Part shown: one piece after another, positions 17,428 to 24,709 of the stretch | Layout of the letters: every line of letters begins with the position of its first letter | Position numbering within the stretch: position 1 is the first letter of the stretch | IMG/VR virus record: IMGVR_UViG_3300045988_090449 | Strand: one strand, 5' to 3' | DNA from: a virus | DNA length: 37,757 nt | Program-made: the position numbers and the translations under genes | The notes under the pieces: model-generated | Told to the model about the DNA's origin: nothing | Seen by the model: the letters and a program-made list of their open reading frames with translations, nothing else | Databases searched by the model: none

Positions 17428-19803
17428 ATGGAAAATACTTTGGAAAATATTGGCTTAAAAAACGTCAGTATTGATTTTCTTGATAGCGAAATCAATAACT
17501 TGTTTGTAGTACAAGGCGATACAAGGACTAGAGGTCTTTTAGTTAGAGTTAAAGACAATAAAGGTAATACAGTGCCATTATCAAATGAGTACGAGTTAAG
17601 GCTATATGCTAGACGTTCTGACGAAGATAAATTGCTATATAGTGTTGCAGAAAAGATAGACGATAGATACAAGGTGTATCTAACAAGCGACATGTTGAGT
17701 AAAACAGGAACACTAAAGATACAACTTGCATTATATAAAGGTGATGTGTCGCTTATTCAATCAAGACAAAGTTCTATTCAAATTCATCCATCAATGACTT
17801 GTCAACTTGAACTAGGACAAGACAACGTAATTGATATTTTAGAGATACAAGAAAGTATCAAAGGACTTGAAAAAGAGTTTGAAAAGGTTAAAAGTCTTGA
17901 CGGATTAGAGGGATTGAATGACTTTAAGAAGAAAGAAACAGAAAGACAACAAGCAGAAGAACTAAGAGTTCAAGAAGAATTAAAAAGAAATGAAAGTGAA
18001 TCTATCCGAAAAACTAATGAAGATATAAGGATTGATTCAGAAAGCCAAAGAAATGCTTCCGAGTCTACTAGGGTAGACAACGAAAAACAACGTATTGCAA
18101 ATGAGGAAATAAGAATAGCTAACGATAAAACAAGAACCGAAAAAGATACGTTGAATGATGAAAAAGAACAGACTAGAAATAGTAATGAAGAAGCTAGAAA
18201 ACTTGAAGAACAAAAACGTGCAGAAAGTGAAATCAAAAGAGTTGAGCAAGAACAAGCAAGAACATCAGATGAAGAACTAAGACGTTCGAAAGAACAAGAT
18301 AGACAAAGCAATGAAAATTCAAGAGTTCAAGTAGAACAAGAACGTGTTGAAGATGAAAAGACAAGAACAGCAAATGAACAAGCTAGAGTTAGTCAAGAGC
18401 AAACAAGGCAATCTAATGAAGAAACTAGAGTTAGTGATGAACAAACTAGACAATCCAATGAAGAAGAACGAAAAAAGAATGAGTTGGAGCGTATAAAAGC
18501 TGAACAACAAAGGTCGGCTAAAGATACGGAACGTGATAGCACGTTCAAATCGTGGGATATCAAGATAAAAGCGTTAAGTGGACTTCCAGACGAAATGCCA
18601 GAACTTAAGATTGAAAAAGCAACAAGCGAAAAAGCTGGTATTGTCAAGCTAAAAGGCTTATCAGAAGAAGATGATACAGCAGTATCATATAGCTTATATA
18701 ACAAGTCTATATCAGATATCAACTCAAATATAGATGGTAAATTAAGTGAACATAGCAGCAGTATAAGTAGCAAGCTTGAAGAACAAAATAATAAAATATC
18801 ATCTAATGATAAAAACATACAGTCTTTAAATGCAAAAACTGATGGGATATCAAATCAAGTAACTGAATTATCAACAAGTATAGATGAAAAGATAAGCAAA
18901 AATAATTCAAGTATTGATGATAAATTAAAACAACAAAACGCAAGTGTAGCAGAAAAATTATCGGCACAAGATACAAAAGTTAATGGTAAATTAAAAGAGT
19001 TACCATCACAAGATGTGATTGACAACTTAACTAATGATTTAAATGAAAAAGCTAATCAAGGAGAAGTGAATACATTAAAAACTTTGATTGATAGCAAATC
19101 AGAAAAAGCACATACTCACTCAATAGCAGATGTAACTGGTTTACAAACTACACTTGATAAAAAGCTTGAAGCAAAAGACATAACTGAATTATCTACAAAA
19201 ATCAGTACAAACACAGCAGAAATAGACAACACTAAAAAGATAGCAAATGCAAACTCAAAAAGTATATCAACATTATCAACAGCACTTGACAATAAGGCAA
19301 ACAAGGCTGATTTGGATAATAAAGCAAGCAAAACTCACACGCATACTATACCAGACGTTGAAGGGTTGAAAAGCGAACTTGACAAAAAAGTTGGTGCTAG
19401 TGATTTAACTAATTTACAAAAAAAGATTGATGGTAAATCAGATATAGGACATACTCACAGCATAGGTGATGTATCAAACTTGCAAACTACATTGAATGGC
19501 AAAGCAAGTACAAGTCATAAACATGGTATTAGTGATATATCTAATTTGCAAGATACACTTGATAAAAAAGCTAATACAAGTCACATACACAACATTAGTG
19601 ATATAAACAACTTACAATACACACTTGATAGAAAGGCTAGTGCTAGTGACTTATCGAGTTTACAAGCCAAAGTGAGCAACTTGTCAATGGATAAAATATC
19701 GAACAAAAATGGTGGAAGTTTAAGTTTTTGGACTGGAACACAAAGTCAGTATGATAGTATTTCTTCTAAGGACAGTAACACAATTTACTTTATAACGGAG
19801 TAG
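17428..19803 (+). CDS. Baseplate upper protein (BppU)-like tail fibre with long heptad-repeat stalk and HxH repeats
   Basis: - N-terminal BppU_N-like domain (VVQGDTRTRGLLVRV...YELRLY).
- Arg heptad array at aa 173-369.
- EKAGIVKLKG motif.
- Five H-x-H..I.D(V/I)..LQ..LD.K repeats (aa 562-745).
- C-terminal SFWTGTQSQYDSI..KDSNTIYFI. Confidence 0.7.
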   Translation: MENTLENIGLKNVSIDFLDSEINNLFVVQGDTRTRGLLVRVKDNKGNTVPLSNEYELRLYARRSDEDKLLYSVAEKIDDRYKVYLTSDMLSKTGTLKIQLALYKGDVSLIQSRQSSIQIHPSMTCQLELGQDNVIDILEIQESIKGLEKEFEKVKSLDGLEGLNDFKKKETERQQAEELRVQEELKRNESESIRKTNEDIRIDSESQRNASESTRVDNEKQRIANEEIRIANDKTRTEKDTLNDEKEQTRNSNEEARKLEEQKRAESEIKRVEQEQARTSDEELRRSKEQDRQSNENSRVQVEQERVEDEKTRTANEQARVSQEQTRQSNEETRVSDEQTRQSNEEERKKNELERIKAEQQRSAKDTERDSTFKSWDIKIKALSGLPDEMPELKIEKATSEKAGIVKLKGLSEEDDTAVSYSLYNKSISDINSNIDGKLSEHSSSISSKLEEQNNKISSNDKNIQSLNAKTDGISNQVTELSTSIDEKISKNNSSIDDKLKQQNASVAEKLSAQDTKVNGKLKELPSQDVIDNLTNDLNEKANQGEVNTLKTLIDSKSEKAHTHSIADVTGLQTTLDKKLEAKDITELSTKISTNTAEIDNTKKIANANSKSISTLSTALDNKANKADLDNKASKTHTHTIPDVEGLKSELDKKVGASDLTNLQKKIDGKSDIGHTHSIGDVSNLQTTLNGKASTSHKHGISDISNLQDTLDKKANTSHIHNISDINNLQYTLDRKASASDLSSLQAKVSNLSMDKISNKNGGSLSFWTGTQSQYDSISSKDSNTIYFITE
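17944..18534 (+). repeat. Array of ~28 heptad units (x-x-[NSD]-E-x-x-R) within the fibre gene
   Basis: Counting residues gives Arg at aa 173, 180, 187 and so on to 369. That is 28 of 29 consecutive positions spaced by 7, with 243 the only exception. Glu is usually at R-3. The coding strand is purine-rich. Confidence 0.9.
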
Positions 19804-19806
19804 ACA

Positions 19807-20160
19807 ATGATTAAATTAGGAAGTAAAAAGATAACGCCACAAGGGTTCTCAAAAGTGATGAAAGGCAGCAGTTTGGTGTGGGAGAATTTTAAAAATTTTA
19901 AAAACTTGTCAATTAATGGATATGAAAAGATAACTATTAATGATGACGGTGGATACAACTTGCCATTAAATACTCCGCTTAAAATTCTATCAAACTATTA
20001 TAATTACAAGTTTGTTATAGAAAAGGATGGCAAAGAAGCAATAATAAGGTGGGGAGTAACGTTTGAAATAACGTCAAAAGGAGCGTTCACTCTATATCAA
20101 GAGGGATTTTGGAGTATAAACATAGTAAAAAGTTCAGACAACCCTACAGTATTTATATAA
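19807..20160 (+). CDS. Small tail-module protein, paralog A (MIKLGSKKI... family)
   Basis: 117 aa, directly after the fibre gene. Shares the N-terminal MIK(L/I)G.K...(K)V..G...VW pattern and a Y(K/R)FV...DG(K/E).AI(I/V) motif with ORF 20230..20607. Confidence 0.55.
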   Translation: MIKLGSKKITPQGFSKVMKGSSLVWENFKNFKNLSINGYEKITINDDGGYNLPLNTPLKILSNYYNYKFVIEKDGKEAIIRWGVTFEITSKGAFTLYQEGFWSINIVKSSDNPTVFI

Positions 20161-20200
20161 AGGAGCGTGAAACGTTGAAAAATACACATTTACACGGGGG

Positions 20201-20229
20201 GGGTAGTACAGGTTATGTAGTACCCTTTT
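20201..20229 (+). terminator. Hairpin plus T-tract between the two paralogs (candidate terminator / translational barrier)
   Basis: GGGTAGTAC-AGGTTAT-GTAGTACCC forms a 9-bp stem with one central G-G mismatch, followed by TTTTA. The stem starts in the last 3 G of a G8 run (20196..20203). Confidence 0.45.
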
Positions 20230-20607
20230 ATGATGCCTATGATTAAAATAGGCAAAAACTTAAAAGATATAAAAATCGGAAACAAGCAAGTGTTGAAGGT
20301 ATATCGTGGTATTGATGTTGTGTGGCAAAAGAAATTTGAAACTCTGATATATTCTGATACAGGAAGTTCAAGGTACGCTATCAGCGTCAACGGTTGGAGC
20401 AAGCTTAATCCAAACAAAAATTATAGGTTTGTTACAAATAGAGATGGCGAATACGCAATAGTTATTAATGGTTCGTACACTACTATCAAAAATAACGATA
20501 TATTCAGAATCTCTAAAAATTGTGATATGAAAATTCAAAACATAAATTACAATTACTACGATATCAAGATTTATGAAACAAAAGAAGAAGCGACAATAAT
20601 AATATAG
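20230..20607 (+). CDS. Small tail-module protein, paralog B (probable true start ATG 20239, MIKIGKN...)
   Basis: 125 aa ORF with no SD before either ATG. N-terminal similarity to paralog A begins at M4 (20239). Confidence 0.5.
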   Translation: MMPMIKIGKNLKDIKIGNKQVLKVYRGIDVVWQKKFETLIYSDTGSSRYAISVNGWSKLNPNKNYRFVTNRDGEYAIVINGSYTTIKNNDIFRISKNCDMKIQNINYNYYDIKIYETKEEATIII

Positions 20608-20620
20608 ACAAGGAGGGCGG

Positions 20621-20965
20621 ATGGAGCAATTTTTAAAACTTTTAGACACAGGTTTTACTCTTGCTTTTGCAACAGGAGTGTGCGTGTTTGTCTTCAAATA
20701 CGCACCGCTTTTTTTAAATGCTTGGGTAAATTTTAATAAAGCAATAGACAAAAATACAGAAGTAACCAATCGACATTATGATGAAACAGTAGACCTAAAA
20801 AAACAACTTCTTGATTTAAAAGAAAAGTTGGAACAGCATAATACCAACGCAATGGACTTACAAAGAGATCACGACGAGTTGTTGAAAAATCAAGAAGAGA
20901 TGTTGAAGATATTAGGAGAGATGAAGCAAATAATTCTGGGAGGAGGTAGAAGATATGACGATTAA
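20621..20965 (+). CDS. Holin-like protein (BhlA/UviB-like architecture: N-terminal TM plus charged coiled coil)
   Basis: One hydrophobic segment (FTLAFATGVCVFVFKYAPLFL) followed by a charged helical tail. AAGGAGGG SD. Overlaps the endolysin start. Confidence 0.5.
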   Translation: MEQFLKLLDTGFTLAFATGVCVFVFKYAPLFLNAWVNFNKAIDKNTEVTNRHYDETVDLKKQLLDLKEKLEQHNTNAMDLQRDHDELLKNQEEMLKILGEMKQIILGGGRRYDD

Positions 20966-21920
20966 AAAATTTGGAGTAGATATATCAAAATACAATGGAA
21001 ATGTTGATATGAGGCTTGCGAAAAGCAATGGAGTAGATTTTGTTATTTTAAAAGCTGGTTCTGGAGCAAGAGGAGAGGATCCATATTTCCAAAGAAATTA
21101 TACAAATGCTAAAGCAACAGGAATGCCCGTTGGTGCATATTGGTATAGTTATGCTATGAACGTAAGAGAAGCTAAAGGAGAAGCAATTAGATTTTTGAAA
21201 TTGCTTGAAGGTAAACAATTTGAGTATCCGGTGTATTTAGATTTTGAAGATCCAACACAAAGAAATATAAGTAAAGCTACAAAGACTGATATGGCTATTG
21301 CATTCATGAGTATTTTAGAAAAAAATGGCTACTATACGGGTTTGTACAGTTCTGGGGACTGGATAAATAATAAATTTGATAGAGATAGATTAAAGAATTA
21401 CGATATATGGATTGCGCATTGGTATGTAAATTCTGCAAGGTGCTATAGAAGTTATGGGATGTGGCAATTTACGAATAAACAAAAAGTACCTGGAGTACCA
21501 AGCACTAGTGAGGGTGGAGTAGATGCAAACTACGCATTTGTAGACTACCCTAAAATAATTAAAGCAGCTGGACTTAATGGATACAAGAAAGAAAAAACAG
21601 AAGTGAAAGGACTTACGAAGATGGAAGAAGAAAAATTACTGGATCAGATTAAGCACACAGTAGTGACATACGAATCTAAAGATTATGATTTAGCACTAAA
21701 GATTGCTAAGCAACATAAGGCTATATTAGTTCCTGCTGAACTTAATTTAGATTTCGGAAAGATGAAAAAATCTAAGGATACAATTATAGGGATTGGAAGT
21801 TCGACAGGTAAAATTCCAGGGAAGAATTATGGCATTACTGGGTACTGTGATTATTTGGTATCAAGTGACAAGGTTGATGAATTTTTGAAAGAAAGAAGCA
21901 AGTTTTTGGTAAGAAAGTAG
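20955..21920 (+). CDS. Endolysin: GH25 muramidase with CD27L/CTP1L-like C-terminal domain
   Basis: - GH25 motifs: FGVDISKYNG, DFVILKAGSG, GAYWYSYA, YPVYLDFED.
- C-terminal KHTVVTYESKDYDLA...IIGIGSS pattern resembles the C-terminal domain of the clostridial endolysin CD27L (recalled KHTIVYDGEVDKISA...YVVGGG). Confidence 0.8.
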   Translation: MTIKKFGVDISKYNGNVDMRLAKSNGVDFVILKAGSGARGEDPYFQRNYTNAKATGMPVGAYWYSYAMNVREAKGEAIRFLKLLEGKQFEYPVYLDFEDPTQRNISKATKTDMAIAFMSILEKNGYYTGLYSSGDWINNKFDRDRLKNYDIWIAHWYVNSARCYRSYGMWQFTNKQKVPGVPSTSEGGVDANYAFVDYPKIIKAAGLNGYKKEKTEVKGLTKMEEEKLLDQIKHTVVTYESKDYDLALKIAKQHKAILVPAELNLDFGKMKKSKDTIIGIGSSTGKIPGKNYGITGYCDYLVSSDKVDEFLKERSKFLVRK

Positions 21921-21928
21921 AGGTTAAA

Positions 21929-22132
21929 ATGAAATTAAGTAATAAAAATTATGATGCGTTGAAGTGGATTGCTCAAATATTGTTACCTGCTACTGCAACT
22001 TTATATGTTGCTGTGGCTGGGATATGGGGATTTCCATACGCAAAGGAAGTAGCAGGAACAATATCTGCTGTAGATCTATTTATAGGAGCACTTTTGGGAA
22101 TTAGTTCAATGAATTATTATAAAGAAAAATAA
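21929..22132 (+). CDS. Holin (67 aa, two TM segments)
   Basis: Two hydrophobic helices (WIAQILLPATATLYVAVAGIWGF and ISAVDLFIGALLGISSM) and a polar C-terminus. Adjacent to the endolysin. Confidence 0.7.
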   Translation: MKLSNKNYDALKWIAQILLPATATLYVAVAGIWGFPYAKEVAGTISAVDLFIGALLGISSMNYYKEK

Positions 22133-22164
22133 AGTTGAGTAAAACGGAGTAAAGTTGAGTAAAA
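22130..22164. repeat. Phased direct repeats in the lysis-integrase intergenic (attP-candidate) region
   Basis: TAAAGTTGAGTAAAA occurs at 22130..22144 and again at 22150..22164. The GAGTAAA core starts at 22137, 22147 and 22157, an exact 10-bp phasing. Confidence 0.85.
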
Positions 22165-22220
22165 AGAAATATAAAAAGGCGGGTTACTCTGCCTCGATGT
22201 TTGAAATCGTTTCGTGATGA

Positions 22221-23681
22221 TTATGCCGCTTGTAGATGTACTTTTAATAACTCGTATACTAAACCCATTGGTTCGCCAAATACAGCGTTATACGAACTCT
22301 CATCTACATCTCGAAGTTCAACATATACTTCGTGATCGTCACGATATTCGATGCGCTCAAATAATGAATGGATTATAGTCTTCAATTGATGAGGACTGTA
22401 GTCCATTTTTTGTTTTTGTGCTAAGATTTGAGCTTTTATATCTTCTAGTTGTACGTTAGTCGATGCTTGTTTTTCTGCAAGTTGTGATTTATAGATTTCC
22501 AAATCTTTTTCTGATGTGTTTAGTTTATTAACTAATGTATCTGATAACACTCCTTGTGCTATTGCATTCGTTATATTTGATATTTCTTTTTCCAGTTGAT
22601 TTACTTTTTGTACAAGTGCTTTTACTTCATCAACGTTGACTTTATTAAGAAGTGTTTCATATTTTGATTTTACAAGCTTATCTATGTTTTCTTCATTGAT
22701 TAGCACTTGCTTTAGCATTTCTATTATTGCTTCTTCAATTTGCTCTTTTGGTATTGTAAATCCACAATTTTTGCACTTATAGTAGTAATATTTTCTTCCA
22801 GTTTTACTTTTACCGGACACTCCTACCATTTTGTCATTGTAGTGATACAATATTCCTGTTAATAAATAAGGGCTATCGGCTTTTTTAGATGATTTGAATT
22901 CTTTGTCTTGTAGTAGTTGTTGCGCAAGTTTGAATTGCTCTTCTGTAATTATGTTAGGAACACCATGTTCTTTTTTTATTGTTTCTTTTTTCATGTTAAA
23001 TGTGTATACTCCTTTATACAAATCATTTCTTAATATTTTACTTAGAGATGTTCTTGTGAAATTCTTTCCTAGTTTTGTTTTGCATCCAATTGCATTTAAT
23101 GTATCTATTATTTTTCTTTGCGAGCTTCCATTTGTAAACATATCAAATATTAGTCTAATCGTTTTTGCTTCCAAATCGTTGATTACATATTTTTTATCTA
23201 CTATGTCATATCCCAGAGGTATTCTGCCACCATTAAACCAACAGTGGTATGCGTTCTCTTTCATTCCTTTGATTACTTCACGTGATAAGTTTGCAGAGTA
23301 ATATTCTGCCATACCTTCTAATAAGGACTCCATTATAATCGACTCTGGGCTGTCTGTGAGGTTTTCTACTACGGAGAGTAGTTTTGTACCATTTAGTTTC
23401 AATTTACGCTTGTATACGGCGCTGTCGTATCTGTCACGACTAAAGCGATCCAGTTTATGGACTATAACATAGTCGATATCTCCGACATCAGTTCTTTTAA
23501 TCATTTTTTTAAATTGTGGTCTGTCATCGGACCTACCACTAAGTGCGTGATCGCAGAATGTATCCATTATTTGAATGCCTTGTTCTGTTGAGAATTTCCT
23601 TATAGCCCTAAGTTGTGCATCGATTGATTCATCTCTTTGATTAGTACTTGAAAATCGTGCATAAGCTATTGCGGTTTTCAC
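22221..23681 (-). CDS. int: Large serine recombinase (phage integrase)
   Basis: N-terminal resolvase motif AYARFSSTNQ...DAQ. Recombinase domain. Zinc-ribbon YYYYKCKNCG. C-terminal coiled coil. GTG start overlapping the upstream stop (TAGTG). Confidence 0.9.
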   Translation of the reverse strand: MKTAIAYARFSSTNQRDESIDAQLRAIRKFSTEQGIQIMDTFCDHALSGRSDDRPQFKKMIKRTDVGDIDYVIVHKLDRFSRDRYDSAVYKRKLKLNGTKLLSVVENLTDSPESIIMESLLEGMAEYYSANLSREVIKGMKENAYHCWFNGGRIPLGYDIVDKKYVINDLEAKTIRLIFDMFTNGSSQRKIIDTLNAIGCKTKLGKNFTRTSLSKILRNDLYKGVYTFNMKKETIKKEHGVPNIITEEQFKLAQQLLQDKEFKSSKKADSPYLLTGILYHYNDKMVGVSGKSKTGRKYYYYKCKNCGFTIPKEQIEEAIIEMLKQVLINEENIDKLVKSKYETLLNKVNVDEVKALVQKVNQLEKEISNITNAIAQGVLSDTLVNKLNTSEKDLEIYKSQLAEKQASTNVQLEDIKAQILAQKQKMDYSPHQLKTIIHSLFERIEYRDDHEVYVELRDVDESSYNAVFGEPMGLVYELLKVHLQAA

Positions 23682-24046
23682 TATTTCACCTTCTTTTTAG
23701 ATCTATACGTTACTCTAAATTTAGCCCTATATTTATTTTCAGAGTAATCATTTTCACTTATAACGATATAAGGATTTTCTAAATTCTTCAGTAGTAAATA
23801 TTCATCACGATCCTCTTGATAAAAATATCCGATTTTCACATTATACGCATATATTGCTACTGCTCTTGGGTCATACTTATTGTTTGGTTCCTTTTTTACT
23901 TCTATATACTTTGAATCAATAGTATTGTGTCTTTTGCCTCCAGATTTTTTAAAAGCATATTCTATTTCCAAAGGGCACAAATTAACAAATAAATTTGCTT
24001 CCCATAACTCTTTTTTATTTCCTACTATATCTGATAATATTCCCAT
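23681..24046 (-). CDS. Stand-alone HIRAN-domain protein
   Basis: The motif EPNNKYDPRAVAIYAYNVKIGYF matches the HIRAN core pattern (EP.N.YD.NAI.V......IGY). GGAGGA SD. Its stop overlaps the integrase start. Confidence 0.6.
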   Translation of the reverse strand: MGILSDIVGNKKELWEANLFVNLCPLEIEYAFKKSGGKRHNTIDSKYIEVKKEPNNKYDPRAVAIYAYNVKIGYFYQEDRDEYLLLKNLENPYIVISENDYSENKYRAKFRVTYRSKKKVK

Positions 24047-24091
24047 AATATCCTCCTATATATAATTAATTTCATTAGTATTTAAAATCAT

Positions 24092-24709
24092 TTATCTATA
24101 TCCATAATAAGTTCTGCTAAATTCTGACATATACTTTTCTGGATGAATTATAGCTAATGATGGAAGATAAAATTCTTCATCATCATCCATCTTAGTTTTA
24201 TCTAAATACCACGTTAGGTTGTGTAATACAATGCGCATAGCTTCTTCGCTAACAATAAAATCACTACTTAATCTTTCAACTATTTCGTCGGTAATATTCG
24301 TATAGTACCTGTAACTTTCCAGAGTTTTTAAAACGATAAAGGGTGGGCATAGCAGCAGGCTTGCAAATGTATTAGCTTCAGTTTCACGAACATTGTCAGG
24401 TATGGAATCTAATTCTAATTTATGATTCAGCGCAATGTGTCCTAATTCATGCGCCAATGTAAATCTCTTTCTAGTTATATACTGATCTTTGTTTATGAAT
24501 ATAACGTTCTTATTATCATCCCCATACGTGAACCCATCTTTTGAGTATTCATAAAAATCTAATTTTGTTACATCATAGTGCATTATTTCTATTTGTAAAA
24601 CATCTTTAATTACTTGTTCTATGTCCAGACTTGGATCATAAACATTAATGCCGTTATTTCTTACAAAATTCACAAAAGTTTCAAAAACATAGTCATATCT
24701 TGCCTTCAT
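24092..24709 (-). CDS. immA: ImmA/IrrE-family zinc metallopeptidase (anti-repressor protease)
   Basis: HEXXH motif in FTLAHELGHIALNH. Its ATG overlaps the stop of the HTH repressor gene (TAATG), as in ImmR-ImmA pairs. Confidence 0.8.
   Translation of the reverse strand: MKARYDYVFETFVNFVRNNGINVYDPSLDIEQVIKDVLQIEIMHYDVTKLDFYEYSKDGFTYGDDNKNVIFINKDQYITRKRFTLAHELGHIALNHKLELDSIPDNVRETEANTFASLLLCPPFIVLKTLESYRYYTNITDEIVERLSSDFIVSEEAMRIVLHNLTWYLDKTKMDDDEEFYLPSLAIIHPEKYMSEFSRTYYGYR

Noticed and set aside
17265-17693. 142-aa minus-strand ORF spanning the junction of three plus-strand tail genes
   Set aside because: It is antisense to tightly coupled, well-supported plus-strand genes. It has no SD, its composition is low-complexity Ser/Leu-rich, and no other minus-strand genes occur in the structural module.
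17970-18818. Several long minus-strand ORFs (17970..18311, 18037..18255, 18319..18510, 18393..18818) opposite the fibre gene
   Set aside because: They lie antisense to the purine-rich GAA/AGA heptad-repeat DNA, which is naturally stop-free on the opposite strand. The products are low-complexity Ser/Leu/Phe strings with no SD. The sense ORF has strong structural-protein features.
20196-20203. G8 tract as a frameshift site fusing ORF 19807..20160 to ORF 20230..20607
   Set aside because: The upstream ORF ends at TAA 20158..20160, before the tract. Stops occur in every frame between the two genes, and G7 or G9 variants create immediate TAG stops. No fusion protein is possible. The tract is retained only in the mini-ORF coupling hypothesis.
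14215-20607. Diversity-generating retroelement targeting the repeated tail modules or the paralogous ORFs
   Set aside because: No reverse transcriptase ORF exists anywhere in the genome. There is no template/variable repeat pair with adenine-specific differences. The repeats are ordinary diverged duplications.
22177-22194. Hairpin AGGCGGG-TTAC-TCTGCCT as the terminator for the holin and/or integrase
   Set aside because: On the plus strand the stem needs two G.U pairs and has no following U-tract. On the minus strand those pairs become A-C mismatches, leaving ~3 bp. This is too weak to call a terminator, so it is kept only as a dyad within the attP-candidate region.
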